A DNA stretch of 64,000 nucleotides from Tubulanus polymorphus. Taxonomy: Eukaryota > Animalia > Nemertea. Of this stretch, positions 58,962 to 64,000 are shown in pieces. The notes below the pieces were generated by a model that made no database searches, was not told the origin of the DNA, and worked only from the letters and a program-made list of their open reading frames with translations. Position 1 is the stretch's first letter. The number at the start of each line of letters is the position of its first letter. The stretch is taken from contig NC_134036.1 in assembly GCF_964204645.1 (NCBI RefSeq), positions 8,744,230-8,808,229 on the forward strand, in the 5' to 3' direction. The position numbers were made by a program, and so were the translations under genes.

Positions 58962-61900
58962 CTAAGAATTGTCTAATTTGCTTCACGCCTTTTGGTCTCT
59001 CGAGATTCTTGATAACTGCCGTTTTAGTGGGGTCAATTTTGACGCCTTCTTTTGATATGACATGACCTAAGTATATTATCTCTTTAAGTGCGAACTGGCA
59101 TTTTGACGGTTTTAGTGTTAACCCTGCTTCTCGTAACCGTTTAAATACTAAATCTAAATGTTTGAGGTGTTCTTCAAAATCGTGAGAAAATCAATATATC
59201 GTCAACATAAATCAATACAAGTTTCCAGTTTAGACTCTTCAAAGCTTTGGCCATGACCGAGGCAAATGATGCGGGGCTGTTTTTTAGTCCGAACGGGAGA
59301 CGGTTCCATTCAAAGATGCCGTGATGCGTGATGAATGCTGATCTATGTTTAGTAGCTGGGTCTAACGGGACTCGCCAAAAACAACTTGCTAAATCTAAGC
59401 TGCTGAAAATTTTTTCCTTAGCAACGCCTATTGCATCAATGACATCTTCACATCTAGGTAAAGGGAAATCTATTTGCTGAGTGCAGTTATAAGGGCGTCT
59501 ATAATCAATTGCCATGCGCCACTCTCCTGATTTCTTTTTCACCAGTACTACAGGGCTGTGCCAATTTGAACTTGACTTAGAAACCATGTTGTATTTAAGC
59601 AGCTCGTCCACTTGTTTTTCTATCTCTTTTTTACCCTCCGCGCTGGCTCTATAGAATGGTAAGCTAACAGGTCTTGTACCAGGATTAACTTCAATTGAAT
59701 GGTAGTGCAAATTAGTATGACCCACTTCTGAGAGATCAGCAGCAAACACGTCCCTATTTTATTTCAGAAATTCAAGTTGGCGTTGTTTTTGTTCTTCAGA
59801 GAGATCAGAGTTGGTTAAGTCAAATTCAACAGGTTTCTCTACTTTGGCATCATATGTGTTGTACTGATTAGAAACACCCTGTTGCGTCTGTTTAATGTTT
59901 TGATTGGGGTACTGATTGGCTTTCTGAGTTTGATGCGGATTTGGACTGTGAAAGTTCTGGCGCAAACTTTGAATAGACTTCACAGACTGACGACCCTGAG
60001 CATGATTTTGAGGTTGAGAGTTTCGAGTACGAGTTTGATAACTGTCACCTGTGTGACCTTGAGCGAAACTTGGAACATCATCGTCATCAATAGCCAATAT
60101 AGATTCGTCTTGAATATCAAAACAGTTTGCTACAACTTTCTTTTTTGGTAAAACGACCGGTAGATCAGTAGGGTTCCTAATGCGCATAACAGAATGTTTA
60201 TTGTCGACTCTAGACAAACATTTAGCACCTACAACATTGAGCTGTAGTAAGTAAGAAATCGGTTCTAAGAAACAAATACTTGGGATTTTATCACTGGAAA
60301 TGTTCACAGGGAATAGGGCTTCAGATCTTGGTGGTATGGTTGTTCTCTTATTAGTGGGTGCTAAACCGAAACCCGATGAGTTGAGGGTTGTAAATACTTC
60401 ATGCTCGTGAAAACTAATCGCGCGGTTTTTGAAACAAATTATGGCATCGTTCTAATCGAGGAAATCTATTCCTTATATAGGTGGGTACTGCATTTGTTCT
60501 ATCACATAAAACGTATAAGGCATAACAAGACCAGCAATATTAATATCGAGATAAGCTATGCCGTGTACACTGTGTTTTTCACCACCAACCCCGGCTATGT
60601 GACAGATGTTAGACGGTTGTAATTTGACTGGATTGGGTAACTTTTTGAGAGCACTAGTAGAAATACAACTGATTTGAGCCCCAGTATCAATTAACGCGGA
60701 GAAACCTCTCCCAAATACTTTGATCGAAATAGAATTTTGATAGAGTACTTCAGTCACATTAACCGTAGGTGTTGGTTCAGTGTTAGGGTGCCCATCCGGC
60801 GGCTCTTGACCGTGGATAGGCGCGCACCCCTATTGTGGACCTTGTTGTTGGTATTGCTGACGGTTTAAAAGGGCTGCGCGGCTTCGGCATTTCTTAAGGA
60901 AGTGCCCCTTGATTTTGCAGTGATGACAAATTGCATTACGAGCCTTACATGATCTTCTGTCTACACAGTACTCACCACAATATTGACACGATGGTCGCCC
61001 CTGCTGCCCTGATCCTGTTTGGTAGTCGGTCACTTGCTGAATAGGTTGTTGTTGTGTGGCGAAAATTGTCAATATCTGGGGTGGGTTTGACCACAAAATG
61101 TCGGTCTTTGGTGAAATTATATTATGTATTTCGGAATGGCCTTAAGCCGTTCTTTTCCCATTGTTTCTTTTTAGATGTACGTATTCCGGGACGGGGCTGG
61201 GTGTTCTGTGGCGATGTTTCGGGATCTTTTCGGCTCAATTTCAATCTGACAGATTTTTGGCAGTCCTGTCAGATTCCAATTTCACGACCTGGGCAGGCCC
61301 CCGCGGTGTTGGCCACGCCACATCGCGGTGACATTAGCGATTTTTCGGCGCCTGTCCAGGCCATTCTTTTATCCTCCACCTACCTATTAGTGTGTGTTCT
61401 CCTTTTTATATTCGAGACCCAACTTCTTTGATTTTGGGCCGTTTTGGTTCCGTCTCGTCGCCGGAGAATTCTCCAGCCCTGCTCGTGTTTACGCTCGTTT
61501 TTACGACGCCGTTCGCTGGCGCCGCCTCACTTCCGTGTGAGCGTTTTCGCGGTGGTGCGGTTAACTCCGGTTTATTTTTAGTAAATATCTCCGTATCGGT
61601 CTTATAGTCGTCATTTTTCGCGTTAATCTTAAAATATTATAGAACTTAATTCTACTTCTCGCGTATGAAGTCTTTATTTAGGGTTTTATCATTCGTCACG
61701 GTCGAATGATTTCGCGTGCTCTACTTTGTCCGCGGATCGTATCACTGCTCGTCACGCTTGACCAATCACCGCGTGCGTTGACCGCATGAAAACTATGTAT
61801 TTGGCGCAATCGCGCTCATTGGCAACTTGGCTCTGGCAGAGCCACATTAGAAACTCTTCTTGCTGCCTCTTCACCGTTTTACGAATCGGACGCTGTAAAT

Positions 61901-62150
61901 CGTACAGATCATGTAAGAAGACAATTTTACTCTCTAATTAAGACACGGGCCTCCGGGTCGTCTGACCCCGGGATCGCTGCAGTGGTTTTTGACATCCCGC
62001 CCTCAGTGAGTCCCGAGTGCCGACGCACCCGGGGGTCGTGTAGTCGTCGGCCATGGGCTGCCGATAAACTCGTCACTTACAATCCTGTAAATATTGTAAA
62101 TTCTCCGTCAGTTCATCGTCTGTTTAAATTCAATCCTCTGACGATGCCAA
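58962..62150 (-). pseudogene. 5' half of a decayed Gypsy element: gag (double zinc knuckle), protease, RT; cut at ...IRQFL by the adjacent LTR
   Basis: CQYC...C.ARNAICHHCKIKGHFLKKC; ALIDTGAQISC; SPVVLVKKK, LPFGLKNSP, YVDDIL; LKPSKC...YLGH. Several frameshifts; upstream limit approximate. Confidence 0.9.
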
Positions 62151-62394
62151 CTTAACGCTCTCGTCGCTGTAATTAGTAATAGTAATAGTAATAATAATAG
62201 TATGGTAGGCCTATATCTTCTGTGCTATTTCCGTAATTTTACTCCGAGATGTCGTTTCTGCTGACTATGAAAATCACCTGTATTCAGTAACTCCTTTTTC
62301 GAACGAACGCGCGGTCGTTTCATCTTCTTGACGTCGCCTCTGAATTTCGACTCTTTGAGTTCGCGTCACCGACATTTTGAATTTGGCGCGCAGT

Positions 62395-62715
62395 CGTTGA
62401 TTAACGACAACGCTCGTCGTTAACTATTTGACGTTCCGTCGTATAATTCTTATCGTTGATTAACGACAACGCTCGTCGTTAACTATTTGACGCTCCGTCG
62501 TATAATTTTTATCGTTGATTGAAGACAACGCTCGTCGTTAACTATTTGACGCTCCGTCGTATAATTCTTATCGTCGATTGAAGACAACGCTCGTCGTTAA
62601 CTATTTGACGCTCCGTCGTATAATTCTTATCGTTGATTAACGACAACGCTCGTCGTTAACTACTTGACGCTCCGTCGTTAACATCTTAATCGTTGATTAG
62701 CTTCGACGCTCGTTT
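62395..62715. repeat. 58-59-bp tandem repeat, ~5 copies, each with an internal hairpin
   Basis: CGTTGATTAACGACAACGCTCGTCGTTAACTATTTGACGCTCCGTCGTATAATTCTTAT. Confidence 0.93.
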
Positions 62716-63512
62716 ACTGAGACCTAAGTTATATTAGATACACACCGGAGTCCGCCGCGCCACCGCTTCTATTTGACGTTCGGTCGTCTCCTTTGTATGC
62801 TACCGTACATTGACTGTACCAAGGCTTTGCAAGCCATGAAGGGCACATTCTTTTTATATATCGAAATGTAAATAATCAAGGTGTTTTGCGTGTGGACATG
62901 ATGTCCCCTTGGCATCAAGAACGATGAACTTTGTATTATAAGAAAATATATATATTTAATAATTCGTACTACATTCCAATCAAACTTCGAATCTTGCGTT
63001 TATTTGATTCGCCGGCACTGGAAGGAAGGACGAGGATTTCTGTTTGTTTTCCTGCTGCATCGAACCCATTTAGTTCTACGTGAGGATCGTTCCCCTATTG
63101 ACCGTCGCTACGGACAACACTTATGCATACGACTAGTTTGACAGATCTGGCATGAGTCGCAATTAGCTCCTGAGATGACGGGGGACAGCTATGTGCGAGA
63201 GGGCACTTGGAATGGGGGTAGCCATATCCGCCGAGTAATCAACACTGCGAGTTTCGTCCGAGGAAAGCCCCTAAAGCGGATTACTCTGAGTAGAGCGGGT
63301 TGGGGGGGTCTGTATTGGCCACACAGATTAAGGCTACGTGGAGTAGGGAGGCGACTGTTTGGAGGAGAGCGTACTGCTAAAGCGCCCTTTTTAGCGACAT
63401 TTTTTAATAGAGGAACCGATTCTACATATCTTATATCATTTACTTTCCTGGGGAAGACAAGAGTCTCCTTGCCGTATTCAATACCCGAGTGCGGTCGACC
63501 CAGGCGGACCCG

Positions 63513-64000
63513 TGTAGCGAGCGCCCCGGCACAGCAGAGTGACTACGACTACGCTACCTATGGACAACAGCAGTCACTACCTGTATTACTATTTTTTTTA
63601 TGTTTACACTACAACCGCTACAAAAATGGTGGCAGCGGTGGGATCTATTTATCAAAATACTTCCCTTATTGAAAGTATTAATTTTCGTTTGACTTGACGA
63701 GTGACGGGTGAGGGCTAGTTTATTTTTTCCGATGCAGCAGAAATCCTTCTTCCAGTGATCAGCTTATCATATATATTTAAATTGGTTTTTCCTTTCAACC
63801 TTCTTGCGCGGCGTCATTCTAATCGTTCGTCTTCTAATTCAGCTATAAGTAAAAATGGAAAATAATGACATGACGAGAGGTCGCTCACGTACCCGAGGCA
63901 AGGCAAAGAGCAGATCTCATAGTCAGGGAGATGAACGACATGTACGATTTGATCAAGACCTTGACCTTAATAGAGATCGCGAGGTTACTCAATCAGCCTC
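63513..64000 (+). mobile_element. Start of another LTR retroelement: LTR end (...CCGCTACA, 63622), tRNA-Leu PBS (63627-63644), probable gag start (63855)
   Basis: TGGTGGCAGCGGTGGGAT is complementary to the tRNA-Leu 3' end. ORF MENNDMTRGRSRTRGK... runs off the window. LTR start uncertain and may lie further upstream. Confidence 0.75.

Noticed and set aside
62395-62715. Palindromic repeats as a CRISPR array
   Set aside because: The sequences between hairpins are near-identical, so this is a plain tandem repeat.

Overview
AT-rich eukaryotic (probably invertebrate animal) genomic window made almost entirely of nested mobile and viral DNA. From left to right: (1) A ~950-bp tandem repeat. (2) A ~10.5-kb structure with two ~2.8-kb inverted arms, each holding a 48-bp minisatellite and bounded by TTAA. 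The arms enclose a decayed negative-strand RNA virus (Mononegavirales-like) L-polymerase fragment and a tyrosine-recombinase remnant. (3) A LamG-like host gene end. (4) The 3' half of a Gypsy-type LTR element with a chromodomain integrase and a spliced class I fusion (env) gene. (5) A nearly complete ~17.9-kb Polinton/Maverick (adintovirus-like) provirus with pPolB, integrase, packaging ATPase, major and minor capsid genes and an HNH nuclease. Both of its ends are long self-complementary hairpins, and nearly all of its ORFs start at poxvirus-like TAAATG motifs of two classes. (6) About 10 kb of host DNA with small non-autonomous transposons, one carrying a USP deubiquitinase Cys-box. (7) A young full-length Gypsy element with 387-bp LTRs and a -1 frameshift pseudoknot. 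(8) The 5' half of another Gypsy element with probable UAG read-through, then the start of a fourth LTR element. The best candidates for new biology are the hairpin-ended, poxvirus-promoter-like Polinton (possible provirophage) and the inverted-repeat element carrying an RNA-virus fragment. All protein assignments come from motifs recognised by eye; no database searches were run.
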